Counted from the stretch's first letter, positions 31,501 to 42,171 are shown. The stretch is DNA of 64,000 bases from Candidatus Latescibacterota bacterium (GCA_965248355.1 OZ252098.1:1664001-1728000); one strand, 5' to 3'. Numbers and translations: made by a program. The notes: generated from the letters alone by a model not told the origin.

Positions 31501-34469
31501 GTCGCACGGACCCAGAACGTGTAGCTGGCACCGACCGCCAATACCGACACCGTGTCCGCTCGGGCCGAGCCGTCACCAGAAACACTTGACCAATCCCAAT
31601 CGACCAGACCCGCGTTCAAACGATGACGTACACTGTACCCCGTGATCGACGAACCGTTCGAGTCCGCCGCGGCCCAACTCAACGCCACCTTGCCACTGTC
31701 CACCGACGCCGAAAAACTCGGCGGCGGCAACGGCACCCCCGCCGGCGTCGCCGTGATGCTCGCAGGGAGACCGACTCCCACACCATTCGTCGCGCGGACC
31801 TCGAACTCGTAGCTGGCACCGTTCGTCAAGCCCGATACCGTGTCAACCCGGGCCGAGTTGCCACCCGCACTCGACCAACTCAAAAATGTCGAATCCGGAA
31901 CATTGCGCCGATAATGAACACTGTACCCCGTGATCCACGAACCGGTCGAGTCCGCCGCAGACCAACTCAACGCCACCTTGCCACTGGAAACCGTCGCAGC
32001 CAAACTGTCCGGCGCATCCGGCACACCCGGCACCGTCACCGTGAGACTCGACGATGAACCGTCCCCCACACCGTTCGTCGCACGGACCCAGAACGTGTAG
32101 CTGGCACCGACCGCCAATACCGACACCGTGTCCGCTCGGGCCGAGCCGTCACCAGAAACACTTGACCAATCCCAATCGACCAGACCCGCGTTCAAACGAT
32201 GACGTACACTGTACCCCGTGATCGACGAACCGTTCGAGTCCGCCGCGGCCCAACTCAACGCCACCTTGCCACTGTCCACCGACGCCGAAAAACTCGGCGG
32301 CGGCAACGGCACCCCCGCCGGCGTCGCCGTCAGACTCGACGACGCACCGTCCCCCTGACCGTTCGTCGCACGGACCTCGAACTCGTAGCTGGCACCGTTC
32401 GTCAAGCCCGATACCGTGTCAACCCGGGCCGAGTTGCCACCCGCACTCGACCAACTCAAAAATGTCGAATCCGGAACATTGCGCCGATAATGAACACTGT
32501 ACCCCGTGATCCACGAACCGGTCGAGTCCGCCGCAGACCAACTCAACGCCACCTTGCCACTGTCCACCGACGCCGAAAAACTCGGCGGCGCGCCCGGCAC
32601 CCCCGCCGGCTTTGCCGTCAGACTCGACGACGAACCGTTGCCTTGTCCGTTCGTCGCACGGACCTCGAACCTGTAGCTGACACCATTCGTCAACCCTGAC
32701 ACCGTTTTCCAACGGGCCGAGCCGCCACCCGGCGCACTCGACCAACTCAACCACCCACCCCCGACAAGGGGGCGATAACGAACGCTGTACCCCGTGATCG
32801 ACGAGCCGTTCGAGTCCGCCGCAGACCAACGCAACGCCACCTCACCGTCACCCGGTTCCGCCGACAAACTGTCCGGCGCAGACGGAACACCCGCCGGCGT
32901 CGCCTTGAGACTCGACGACGCACCGTCCCCCACACCGTTCGTCGCACGGACCTGGAATCTGTAGCTGTAGCCGTTCGTCAACCCTGACACCGTGTCCGCA
33001 CGGGCCGAGCCCCCACCCGATACAATCGACCAGCTCGAAAACGTCGATCCCGGAACTTTGCGACGATAACGAACACCATACCCTCGGATCTTCCAGCCGT
33101 TCGAGTCCGCCGCCGCCCAACGCAACGCCACCTCACCGTCACCCGGTTCCGCCGACAAACTGTCCGGCGCAGACGGAACACCCGCCGGCGTCGCCTTGAG
33201 ACTCGACGACGCACCGTCCCCCACACCGTTCGTCGCACGGACCTGGAATCTGTAGCTGTAGCCGTTCGTCAACCCTGACACCGTGTCCGCACGGGCCGAG
33301 CCCCCACCCGATACAATCGACCAGCTCGAAAACGTCGATCCCGGAACTTTGCGACGATAACGAACACCATACCCTCGGATCTTCCAGCCGTTCGAGTCCG
33401 CCGCCGCCCAACGCAACGCCACCTCACCGTCACCCGGTTCCGCCGACAAACTGTCCGGCGCAGACGGAACACCCGCCGGCGTCGCCTTGAGACTCGACGA
33501 CGCACCGTCCCCCACACCGTTCGTCGCACGGACCTGGAATCTGTAGCTGTAGCCGTTCGTCAACCCTGACACCGTGTCCGCACGGGCCGAGTCGCCACCC
33601 GGTACAATCGACCAGCTCGAAAACGTCGATCCCGAAACTTTGCGACGATAACGAACACCATACCCTCGGATCTTCCAGCCGTTCGGGTCCGCCGCCGCCC
33701 AACGCAACGCCACCTCACCGTCTCCCGCCGACGCCGACAAACTGTCCGGCGCGCCCGGTACCCCCGCCGGCGTCGCCGTCAGACGCGACGACGGACCGTC
33801 CCCCACACCGTTCGTCGCACGAACCTGGAATCTGTAGCTGTAGCCGTTCGTCAATCCCGACACCGTGTCCGCACGGGCCGAGCCGCCACCCGGGACAATC
33901 GACCAGCTCGAAAACGTCGATCCCGGAACTTTGCGACGATAACGAACACCATACCCCGTGATCGAAGAACCGTTCGAGTCCGCCGCCGCCCAACGCAACG
34001 CCACCTCACCGTCTCCCGCCGACGCCGACAACCTGTCCGGCGCGCCCGGTACCCCCGCCGGCGTCGCCTTGAGACTCGACGACGGACCGTCCCCCACACC
34101 GTTCGTCGCACGAACCTGGAATCTGTAGCTGTAGCCGTTCGTCAACCCCGACACCGTGTCCGCACGGGCCGAGCCCCCACCCGATACAATCGACCAACTC
34201 GAAAACCTCGATCCCGGAACTTTGCGACGATAACGAACACCATACCCCGTGATCGAAGAACCGTTCGAGTCCGCCGCCGCCCAACGCAACGCCACCTCAC
34301 CGTCTCCCGCCGACGCCGACAACCTGTCCGGCGCGCCCGGTACCCCCGCCGGCGTCGAACTCACGCTCGACGACGCACCGGCCCCCCGGCCGTTGGTCGC
34401 ACGGACCTCGAACGTGTAGCTGGAACCGTTCGTCAATCCCGACACCGTGTCCGCTCGGGCCGAGCCGCC

Positions 34470-35892
34470 GGCATTGTCCCGATCTTAGTTGAAATAACAC
34501 AGGCTCCCATCGTTACGTTTGATACGAGAAATCGCCAAGAAGCCTCGTATCGGTAACCCAAGGAGCCTGCCATGAGCAAGCTACAAGCACGGAAAAGGGG
34601 CGTCAAACGGACCGTGACCATCGGCCCCGTGAACCGCCAAGCCACCGCGTCGATGGACGATCTGGAGACTCGCATCGAGATCATCCAGCTGCTGATCCCC
34701 CTGGGGCTGCAGGCGGTTGGGGAGGAGCTGCGACGGGGCGTGGAGGCCCTGGCCGGACCTCGGTATCAGCGCAAGGGTCCGGATCAGGCGTTGCGCCGCT
34801 GGGGGGCGCAGGCCGGGTCGGTGTACCTGGGCGATCAGAAACTGCCGGTCGAGGTGCCGCGCGTGCGCGATGTGGTCCGCGGCACCGAGGTCCCGCTGGA
34901 GGCCTACCAGGCCCTGCAGACGCCGAGGCAGATGGATCAGGGGCTGTTGTTGCGGGTGCTGAAGGGCTTGGCCACGCGCAACTACGAGGCCTGCGCCGAG
35001 ACCGTCCCGCAAGCCTTCGGTCTGTCCCGTTCCTCGGTCTCTCGCCGGTACGTGAAAGGCACGGCGCGCAAGCTGGCCGAATTCCAGCAGCGATCCCTGG
35101 AAGGCTACGACCTGGTGGCGCTGTTTCTGGACGGCAAGAGCTTCGCCGACGAGGAGATCCTCATCGCCCTGGGTGTGACTCTGGAGGGCCAGAAGGTGCC
35201 CTTGGGCTTCGTGCAGGCGGCCACCGAGAACGAGCGCGTCTGTCGCCGCTTCCTGGCGGAGCTGGTCGAGCGGGGCCTGCAATACGAAGCCGGGCTGCTC
35301 GTGGTGATCGATGGAGGCAAGGGCCTGTACAAGGCGGTGCGGTCGGTGCTTCAAGGCCATGCCTGCGTGCAGCGATGCCAGTATCACAAGCTCCAGAACG
35401 TGGTCTCGTACCTGCCCAAGAGCGAGCAGGCCGGCCTTCGTCGAAAGCTGGAAGCGGCGTATGGGCACTCGACGTACGAGGAGGCCCAAGCCGCCCTGGA
35501 GGCGCTGAAACCGGGGTTGCAGTTGATGAACCAGTCGGCCCTGCGCAGCTTGGAGGAAGGCCAGCAAGAAACCCTCACGCTCCACCGCCTGGGCCTGATG
35601 CCGATGCTGAAGGCCTCCTTCCGTACCACCAACTGTATCGAGAACGTCAACAGTCTCCTGGAGCAGTTGACGCACAACGTGCGGCGCTGGACCAACTCGT
35701 CGCAGCGTCACCGCTGGGTCGCCACGGCGTTGCTTGACATCGAACCTCGCCTCCGCCGGGTCAACGGCTACCACCACCTGCCGATGCTCCGGCAAGCGCT
35801 CCAAGCCGAACTCGGCATCCAGCAGCTCGCGATGACGGGCTGACTCATCCACTCGAGCCTGGGCTACGTTTCAACTGAAAATGGGACTTGCC
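34470..35892 (+). mobile_element. IS256-family insertion sequence
   Basis: Imperfect TIRs GGCATTGTCCCGATCTTAGTTGAAA and TTTCAACTGAAAATGGGACTTGCC. Target duplication (C)GAGCCGCC, 8-9 bp, at 34461-34469 and 35893-35901. Confidence 0.92.
34572..35843 (+). CDS. IS256-family (Mutator-like) DDE transposase
   Basis: Motifs LFLDGK, VIDGGKGL, QRCQYHK and RTTNCIEN. Confidence 0.93.
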   Translation: MSKLQARKRGVKRTVTIGPVNRQATASMDDLETRIEIIQLLIPLGLQAVGEELRRGVEALAGPRYQRKGPDQALRRWGAQAGSVYLGDQKLPVEVPRVRDVVRGTEVPLEAYQALQTPRQMDQGLLLRVLKGLATRNYEACAETVPQAFGLSRSSVSRRYVKGTARKLAEFQQRSLEGYDLVALFLDGKSFADEEILIALGVTLEGQKVPLGFVQAATENERVCRRFLAELVERGLQYEAGLLVVIDGGKGLYKAVRSVLQGHACVQRCQYHKLQNVVSYLPKSEQAGLRRKLEAAYGHSTYEEAQAALEALKPGLQLMNQSALRSLEEGQQETLTLHRLGLMPMLKASFRTTNCIENVNSLLEQLTHNVRRWTNSSQRHRWVATALLDIEPRLRRVNGYHHLPMLRQALQAELGIQQLAMTG

Positions 35893-36760
35893 CGAGCCGC
35901 CACCCGGGACAATCGACCAACTCGAAAACGTCGATCCCGAAACATCGAGACGATAACGAACACCGTAGCCCGTGATCGAAGAACCGTTCGAGTCCGCCGC
36001 CGCCCAACGCAACGCCACCTCACCGTCTCCCGCCGACGCCGACAAACTGTCCGGCGCATCCGGAACACCCGCCGGCGTCCATAGGTTTAAGCCGATATAG
36101 GACGCCGCACCGTCCCCCACACCGTTCGTCGCACGGACCTCGAACTCGTAGTAGGAACCGTTCGTCAATCCTGATACCGTGTCCGCACGGGCCGAACCGC
36201 CACCCGGTACAATCGACCAACTCGACCAAGGCGCACCTATACCATAGCCCCGATAACGAACACTGTACCCCGTGATCGAAGAACCGTTCGAGTCCGCCGC
36301 CGCCCAACCCAACGCCGCCTCACCCTCACCCGACGCCACCGAGAAACTGTCCGGCGCGCCCGGTACACCCGCCGGCGTTACTATGATACTCGACGACGGA
36401 CCGTCCCCCACACCGTTCGTCGCTCGAACCTCGAATCTGTAGCTGTTGCCGTTCGTCAACCCTGACACCGTGTCCGCACGGGCCGAGCCCCCACCCGATA
36501 CAATCGACCAACTCGAAAACGTCGAATCTGAAACATCGCGACGATAACGAACACCATACCCCGTGATCGAAGAACCGTTCGAGTCCGCCGCCGCCCAACG
36601 CGACGCCACCTCACCGTCTCCCGCCGACGCCGACAGACTGTCCGGCGCGCCCGGTACACTACCCTGCGCCGTCGCTACGTCGGCGCCACCGCTCAACGTT
36701 GCGGCACCCAACAAGAACAGCACGTTCCGCAATCGCATGAGGAGAATCTCCCTTTTGCTA

Positions 36761-37882
36761 GTGCTCACTTGCGTGAGTTCTTGTCAGAATATATCTTGGG
36801 GGGCATGGCCCGACCTGCGACCCCCATTACGTTGACGGAAGAAGATCGCGCCACGCTGTCGCAATGGGCGCGGTCGGGAACCACGGAACAGCGGCTCGCC
36901 TGGCGGGCGCGCATCATTTTGGGCGCGGCGGACGGCCAGGCGTCGGCGACGATCGCCGAGCGGCTGGGGCTGCGCCACGGCACGGTGAGCAAGTGGCGGA
37001 CGCGCTTTGCCGCGCACGGCCTGGACGGGTTGCAGGACGCGCCGCGGCCGGGCCCGCCCCGGCGGTATGACGAGGAGACGGAGCAGCGCATCCTCGACGT
37101 GGTGTCGCAACCGCCGCCGGCCGGCCACGCCACCTGGACCGGGACCCTGGTGGCCGAGGCTCTGGGCGACGTGTCGGACCATCACGTGTGGCGGGTGCTG
37201 CGGCAGCAGGGCATCCATCTGCAGCGGCGGCGGTCCCATGAGGTGAGCACGGACCCGGAATTCACGGCCAAGGCCGCCGATGTCGTGGGGTTGTACCTCG
37301 ATCCCCCCGAGAACGCCGTGGTGCTGTGCGTCGACGAAAAGCCCTCCATCCAGGCCTTGGAACGAGCCCAGGGGTATCTGCGCCGGCCCAACGGCCAGGC
37401 GATGAGCGGCGCCAGCCATCGCTACCAACGCCACGGCACCACCACCTTGTTCGCCGCCCTCGAGGTCGCCACGGGGCGCATCCAGGCCGGGCCCGCGAAA
37501 CGACGCCGGCGCCGGGAGTTCCTCGACTTCATGAACGACCTGGTCCGAGAGTATTCGCCCGACCAGGCCCTTCACGTGATTCTGGACAACCTCAACACCC
37601 ACAAGCCCAAGCGCGACCGCTGGCGGGCCCGTCATCCCAACGTGCACTTCCACTACACGCCCACCAACGCCTGCTGGCTGAACCAGATCGAGACCTGGTT
37701 CAGCATCCTCAGCCGCCGCGCCTTGCGCGGAGCCAGCTTCACCTCGCCCCGGCAACTGCGTCAGGCCATCGACGCCTTCATCGCCGCCTACAACTCGACG
37801 GCTCAGCCCTTCGAGTGGAAAAAGCGACAGGTCTTCTCTACCCAGTTGCATGATAACTACGCCGAATTGTGCAGGTAAGCAC
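36761..37882 (+). mobile_element. IS630-family insertion sequence
   Basis: TIRs GTGCTCACTTGC and GCAGGTAAGCAC flanked by duplicated TA (36759-60, 37883-84). The empty site reconstructs as CTAG. Confidence 0.9.
36805..37878 (+). CDS. IS630-family transposase
   Basis: N-terminal HTH; motifs VDEK, ILDNLNTHK and WLNQIETWF. Confidence 0.93.
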   Translation: MARPATPITLTEEDRATLSQWARSGTTEQRLAWRARIILGAADGQASATIAERLGLRHGTVSKWRTRFAAHGLDGLQDAPRPGPPRRYDEETEQRILDVVSQPPPAGHATWTGTLVAEALGDVSDHHVWRVLRQQGIHLQRRRSHEVSTDPEFTAKAADVVGLYLDPPENAVVLCVDEKPSIQALERAQGYLRRPNGQAMSGASHRYQRHGTTTLFAALEVATGRIQAGPAKRRRRREFLDFMNDLVREYSPDQALHVILDNLNTHKPKRDRWRARHPNVHFHYTPTNACWLNQIETWFSILSRRALRGASFTSPRQLRQAIDAFIAAYNSTAQPFEWKKRQVFSTQLHDNYAELCR

Positions 37883-37970
37883 TAGGCCAGTCCGAACCTC
37901 GGTACTGCAGCTGTTGTATTCAGCAGGAAGACCGCCGCACGGGCTCTCCTGGCAGGGTACATAGTGCGCC

Positions 37971-37999
37971 ACACTACGGCAACTTGCCCGGGATGTCAA
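37971..37999 (-). promoter_or_regulatory. Probable native promoter of the FN3 gene, displaced by IS630
   Basis: TTGACA-17-TAGTGT on the minus strand, pointing at the FN3 gene. Confidence 0.55.
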
Positions 38000-38060
38000 C
38001 GAAATTCGAGCGGATCGCGGCTCGGGTCGACGAGCCGACGGTTTCGCGAGCGCCCAAGGG

Positions 38061-38258
38061 GACGAGTTGCGCCGCCTCGCCGAGAGGACAAGCGCCTGCG
38101 CACCGAGCGTGAGATTCTGTCAGAAGCAGCCACTTGGCTGGCTCGGGAGGCCGATTCGAGGCCGTCGAGGTCTTCGGATCCGTGAGCGCTCACCAGGATC
38201 AGTATGCATCGCCCCCATGTACCGCGTTCTGGGCGTCCCCCCCGCCGGATATTACTGA
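38061..38258 (+). pseudogene. IS3-family remnant (OrfA end / OrfB start)
   Basis: ELRRL/REDKRLRTEREILSEAATWLARE and MYRVLGVPPAGYY*, frameshifted and truncated. Confidence 0.7.
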
Positions 38259-38399
38259 TGACGCCGCGGATGGGGGTTCTCTCCGTCAGCCGGTAGCCGC
38301 ATCGCTGGCAGGCGTTGAGCTTGACCGGGATCCCGGCAAGAGCGTCTGCATGGACACCGCAGCTGACTCCGTTGGCCAGGGCAGCGCCCCCGCCCTCAC

Positions 38400-38595
38400 G
38401 GCCGCAGCCGGCCCTGGCGGATGTGGGCCGGCACATCCGATTCGCTCGGCTCGCGGCCCGGCGCCGACATGACCACCATGCCCTCGACACAGTTCTTCAG
38501 CTCGCGCACCTTCCCCGGCCAGCCGTAGTCCATCAACACGTGGCCGACGCCCCCAGCGCCGCGGCGGGATGCGGATGGTGATCACGTTGAGCCCG
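38400..38595 (-). pseudogene. Remnant of a sigma-54-dependent activator (NtrC-family AAA+ domain)
   Basis: LNVITIRIPP in one frame, joined after a deletion to LMDYGWPGKVRELKNCVEGMVV in another. Confidence 0.7.
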
Positions 38596-38652
38596 TCCCG
38601 GGCCGAGCCTATCGTAAGCGGCCAAAACGAGCCGCACATCCCGCAGAGTGCC

Positions 38653-39579
38653 ATGAAGGTCCTCAACTTCGGCTCCCTCAACATCGACCACGTGTACCAC
38701 GTCGATCACCTCGTGCGGCCGGGGGAGACCCTGGCCAGCCGGGGCTACCGGGTCTTCGCCGGCGGCAAGGGGGCGAACCAGTCGGCGGCCCTGGCCCTGG
38801 CCGGGGCGCCGGTGGCCCACGCCGGCCGCGTCGGGCCGGACGGCCGCTGGCTGGTCGAGGGCCTGTCGGACCTCGGGGTCGACGTGGCCCACGTCGTCGT
38901 GGACGAGGACGAGGCGACCGGCCACGCCGTGATCCAGATCGAGGAGGAAGGCGGGGAGAACGCCATCGTCCTCTTCCCCGGTTGCAACCAGCGCATCACG
39001 CGGGATCAGATCCGGACCTGTCTCTGTTCTTTCGGTTCAGGTGACATATTGTTGCTGCAGAATGAGATAAACCTCGTCTCGGAGATCCTTGTCGAGGCCT
39101 CCGGCCGGGGCCTGAGGAGCTGCCTGAGCCCGGCTCCGTACGCACCGGAGGTGGCCTCCTTCCCCCTGGATCTCGTCGATCTGCTCATCCTCAACCGCAC
39201 CGAGGCGGCCGGCCTGGCCGGGGACCCGACCGGCGGCGAGGGGGCCGCGGCCGACCAGCTTCTTGCCGGCGTGCGGGCGCGGGTGCCGGACCGGACCGAG
39301 ATCCTGCTGACGCTCGGCGCCGAGGGCGCCGTCCTCGACGGTCCCGCGGGGAGGCTGTCCTGCCTCTCCCTTTCAGCGGGCGCCGCCGTCGATACCACCG
39401 GCGCCGGCGACACCTTCATCGGCTACTTCCTGGCCGCCCGCCTGGCCGGCGGCGACGACGAGACCTGCCTGCGCCGGGGGGCCGCCGCAGCCGCTCTCTG
39501 CGTCACCCGGCCGGGCGCCCGCGACGCCATCCCGCCGCGGGACGAGGTGGACTCTTTCCTCGAGGGAGCACCATCGTGA
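38653..39579 (+). CDS. rbsK: Ribokinase (PfkB family)
   Basis: Motifs GSLNID, GGKGANQ, LLQNE and DTTGAGDTF. Confidence 0.85.
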   Translation: MKVLNFGSLNIDHVYHVDHLVRPGETLASRGYRVFAGGKGANQSAALALAGAPVAHAGRVGPDGRWLVEGLSDLGVDVAHVVVDEDEATGHAVIQIEEEGGENAIVLFPGCNQRITRDQIRTCLCSFGSGDILLLQNEINLVSEILVEASGRGLRSCLSPAPYAPEVASFPLDLVDLLILNRTEAAGLAGDPTGGEGAAADQLLAGVRARVPDRTEILLTLGAEGAVLDGPAGRLSCLSLSAGAAVDTTGAGDTFIGYFLAARLAGGDDETCLRRGAAAAALCVTRPGARDAIPPRDEVDSFLEGAPS

Positions 39580-40700
39580 AGATCACCCGCCTGGAGGTGA
39601 CCCCCGTGCGGCCCCGGGGCCTGCTGTTGCAGGTGCACACCGACGAGGGCCTGGTGGGCTGCGGATCGCCCATGAACTACGAGCACGGACGCACCGTCGA
39701 GCGGGCCCTGATGGACATGGCCGACTACCTCGTCGGCCGGGACCCGCGCCGGATCGAGGACCACTGGCAGGCCCTGTTCCGGTCGTCCTACAGCCGCCAG
39801 ATGCCGATTCTGCTCGCCGCCCTCAGCGGTCTCGACATGGCCTGCCTCGACATCCTCGGCAAGTCCCTCGGCGCGCCCGTCTGGAGGCTGTTGGGCGGCC
39901 CCGTCCGCGACCGAATCCGGGTCTACTCGGGCATCGGGGGACCCGCTCCGGACCAGTACGCCGCCAGCGCCCGGTCGGCCGTGGCCAAGGGGTTCACGGC
40001 GGTCAAGATGACCCCCTTCCCGGATCCCGTGCGCTACATCGATACGCCGGCCGTGGTCGATGACGTGGTCTCACGGGTCGCCGCGGTGAGGGAGGCGGTG
40101 GGTTCCCAGGTCGACGTGGCCATCGACTTCCACCGCGCCGTGAGCCCGGCCATGGCCCGGATCCTGGTGAGGGAGCTGGAGCCCCTGCGGCCCATGTTCA
40201 TCGAGGAGCCCACCCACCCGGAGAACGTGGACGCCCTGCTCGAGATCGCGCGCTCCACGTCGATCCCCATCGCCACCGGCGAGCGCAACACCACCCGCTG
40301 GGGCTTCCGGGAGATCTGCGAGAAGAAGGCGGCCGCCGTCCTGCAGCCCGACATCCGCCACTGCGGCGGCATCCTCGAGATGCGCCGGATCGCCGCCTAC
40401 GCCGAGGTCCACTACATCGCCGTGGCCCCCCACTCGGCCGCCGACGCCGTCGGCGTGGCCGCCTCCCTGCAGGCCATGGCCGCCACCCCCAACTTCCTGA
40501 TCCAGGAGTTCGGCGGCGGCACCGGCGAGGGCCTGTTCACCGAGCCCCTGCGCTTCGAGGACGGGTTCGTGGCCCTGCCCGAGGGCCCCGGTCTTGGGAT
40601 CGAGATCGATCCCGAGGGCCTGGAGGCCCACCGGCTCACCGACTGGTCTCTGCGCGCCATGCGCCGCTCACCGGAGGATGGGTCGGTCTCGGACTTCTAG
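39576..40700 (+). CDS. dgoD: Galactonate dehydratase-like enolase-superfamily enzyme
   Basis: Motifs IEDHWQ, AIDFH, FIEEP, ATGER, LQPD and APH. Confidence 0.7.
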   Translation: MKITRLEVTPVRPRGLLLQVHTDEGLVGCGSPMNYEHGRTVERALMDMADYLVGRDPRRIEDHWQALFRSSYSRQMPILLAALSGLDMACLDILGKSLGAPVWRLLGGPVRDRIRVYSGIGGPAPDQYAASARSAVAKGFTAVKMTPFPDPVRYIDTPAVVDDVVSRVAAVREAVGSQVDVAIDFHRAVSPAMARILVRELEPLRPMFIEEPTHPENVDALLEIARSTSIPIATGERNTTRWGFREICEKKAAAVLQPDIRHCGGILEMRRIAAYAEVHYIAVAPHSAADAVGVAASLQAMAATPNFLIQEFGGGTGEGLFTEPLRFEDGFVALPEGPGLGIEIDPEGLEAHRLTDWSLRAMRRSPEDGSVSDF

Positions 40701-40720
40701 GCCGATGCGCTGCCGGGATC

Positions 40721-40795
40721 TGGTGAGCCGGGTGGGGATCGAACCCACGACCAATGGCTTAAAAGGCCACTGCTCTACCACTGAGCTACCGGCCC
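40721..40795 (-). tRNA. tRNA-Lys (UUU)
   Basis: GGGCCGGTAGCTCAGTGGTAGAGCA-GTGGC-CTTTTAA-GCCAT...GGTTCGATCC...CCGGCTC-A-CCA cloverleaf. Confidence 0.97.
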
Positions 40796-40882
40796 GACCG
40801 GTATCGCTGGCGGGAGGTGGGATGGGAAGAAAGGTGGTTCAGGCGGGGCGAGGGGCGAAGATAGCCGGCGGCCGAAACCGGG

Positions 40883-42169
40883 TCAACGCTCCCAGCGGTC
40901 GCGAATGGGGCCCGCCTCGGCCCGGGCGAAGAGCGCCGCCCACTCCTTCGATCCGTCGTCCGGGGTGATCTCCAGGCGCGTGCCCTCCACTTGGGCCGGA
41001 CCGTGGCCGGAGCCGAAGTAGGAGTACCCCTGCCCGGAGTGGGCCATGTGCAGACAGCTGCCGTCGGGCCACACGACGGTGTTCAGCAGCCGGGGCCTGG
41101 GGTGTTCGTACGGCTGACCCTGTTGCACGAAGGGTTGGATCTCCGAGTCGGGGACCCGGTAGCGCTCGACGGCCTTCTCGTCGACCTCGACGCCGAGGCC
41201 GGGGCCCTCCGGGACCTTGTGGAACCCGCCCACGACCTCGATGGGCCGCTTGAGGAGCTGGTGGCTGTAGAGGTTGAGGCAGGTGATCGCCGGCCAGGTG
41301 GCATGGCTGAGGACGGCCCCGAGATGGGCGGCCCAGGTGGTCATGAGGCCGTTGCCCACCAGCTGCAGCCAGAACGGCATCTGGGCCTCGGCGGAGAGCT
41401 CCCCCTGGCGCAGGACCGCGCTCCTGCCGCCCGAAATCACGAATCCGTCGCAGACCTCCTCGCGCACGCAGGTGATGTACGGAGGCCCTCCGAAGTGCAT
41501 GGCCACGGGACGGGAGGTGGCCCGCCGGATCTGGCGGTTGCCGAGCAGGTCGTTCTGGGGGATCGGGCTCTCGAACATGGCCACGTTCCCGAAGGGCTCG
41601 AGCCGGCCGATGATGGGGATCGCCGAGGCCGCGTTCTGCCAGGTGGCGTTCGGGTCGAGGTCGAGCTTGAAGTGAGGGGGAACGACCTTGGAGATCGCCT
41701 CCACCTGGGCGACGATGTCCCACCAGGGCCGCGGCTTGTTCTTGAAGCTCGTGTAGCCGGCGGCCACGGCGTCGGCCGCCTCCGCCGCCCAGTCTTCGGG
41801 AGAGGCGTCGATCGACCACCAGCTGATCGGCACCCAGTCCCGCTGGATCGTACCGAGCAGCCGGTGCACGGGCACTTCCAGGGCCTTGCCCACCAGGTCG
41901 AAGAGGGCCATCTGCAGCCCGCTGCCGAGGCCGTCGTCGTTCATCACCTCGGCGACGGGACGGCCCTTGACGCGCTCCACGGTCTCGTCGGAGACCCGGG
42001 CCCAGGTGTAGTGCACGACCGTCTCGCCCCAGCCCACGTGCCCGCTGTCGGAGGTGACCCTGCACAGCTCCAGGATGGACCAGTTGTAGACCTCGCGGGC
42101 CGTGATCTTCTGCTGGCGTTCGGTGAAGGGCACGTCCACCACGATCCGCTCGACATCGACGATCTTCAC
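40883..42169 (-). CDS. Mandelate racemase/muconate lactonizing enzyme family protein
   Basis: Motifs GWGE, ALFDLVGK, KNK, LDPN and FESP. GTG start 7 nt after GGAGG. Confidence 0.82.
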   Translation of the reverse strand: MKIVDVERIVVDVPFTERQQKITAREVYNWSILELCRVTSDSGHVGWGETVVHYTWARVSDETVERVKGRPVAEVMNDDGLGSGLQMALFDLVGKALEVPVHRLLGTIQRDWVPISWWSIDASPEDWAAEAADAVAAGYTSFKNKPRPWWDIVAQVEAISKVVPPHFKLDLDPNATWQNAASAIPIIGRLEPFGNVAMFESPIPQNDLLGNRQIRRATSRPVAMHFGGPPYITCVREEVCDGFVISGGRSAVLRQGELSAEAQMPFWLQLVGNGLMTTWAAHLGAVLSHATWPAITCLNLYSHQLLKRPIEVVGGFHKVPEGPGLGVEVDEKAVERYRVPDSEIQPFVQQGQPYEHPRPRLLNTVVWPDGSCLHMAHSGQGYSYFGSGHGPAQVEGTRLEITPDDGSKEWAALFARAEAGPIRDRWER

Positions 42170-42171
42170 GC

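Larger units (their letters stand above)
29120..36660 (-). repeat. Tandem ~288-297 bp FN3-coding repeats, including near-identical 291 bp, 297 bp and ~576-579 bp units
   Basis: Near-exact DNA repeats are visible, e.g. 32830-33700 (291 bp period), 30560-31400 (297 bp) and 31410-32560 (576 bp). Confidence 0.92.
28794..36738 (-). pseudogene. Giant secreted fibronectin type III repeat protein (21 FN3 domains plus FlgD/T9SS-type CTD), interrupted by IS256
   Basis: Signal peptide MRLRNVLFLLG...ATA-Q with RBS AAGGGAG. Removing the IS and one target copy restores the frame (VPGGGS-ARADTVSG), giving 6513 bp or 2170 aa. C-terminus PNPFNPSTTI...WDSRDEGGRPLASGTYLY. Confidence 0.9.

Noticed and set aside
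29120..36660. Repeats as a CRISPR array or diversity-generating retroelement
   Set aside because: Units are ~290 bp in-frame coding repeats without spacers. No cas or reverse transcriptase gene in the window, and differences are not adenine-specific.
40721..40795. tRNA-Lys or tRNA-Tyr as the integration site of the accessory region
   Set aside because: No integrase and no duplicated tRNA 3' end seen; metabolic genes lie between the tRNA and the region.
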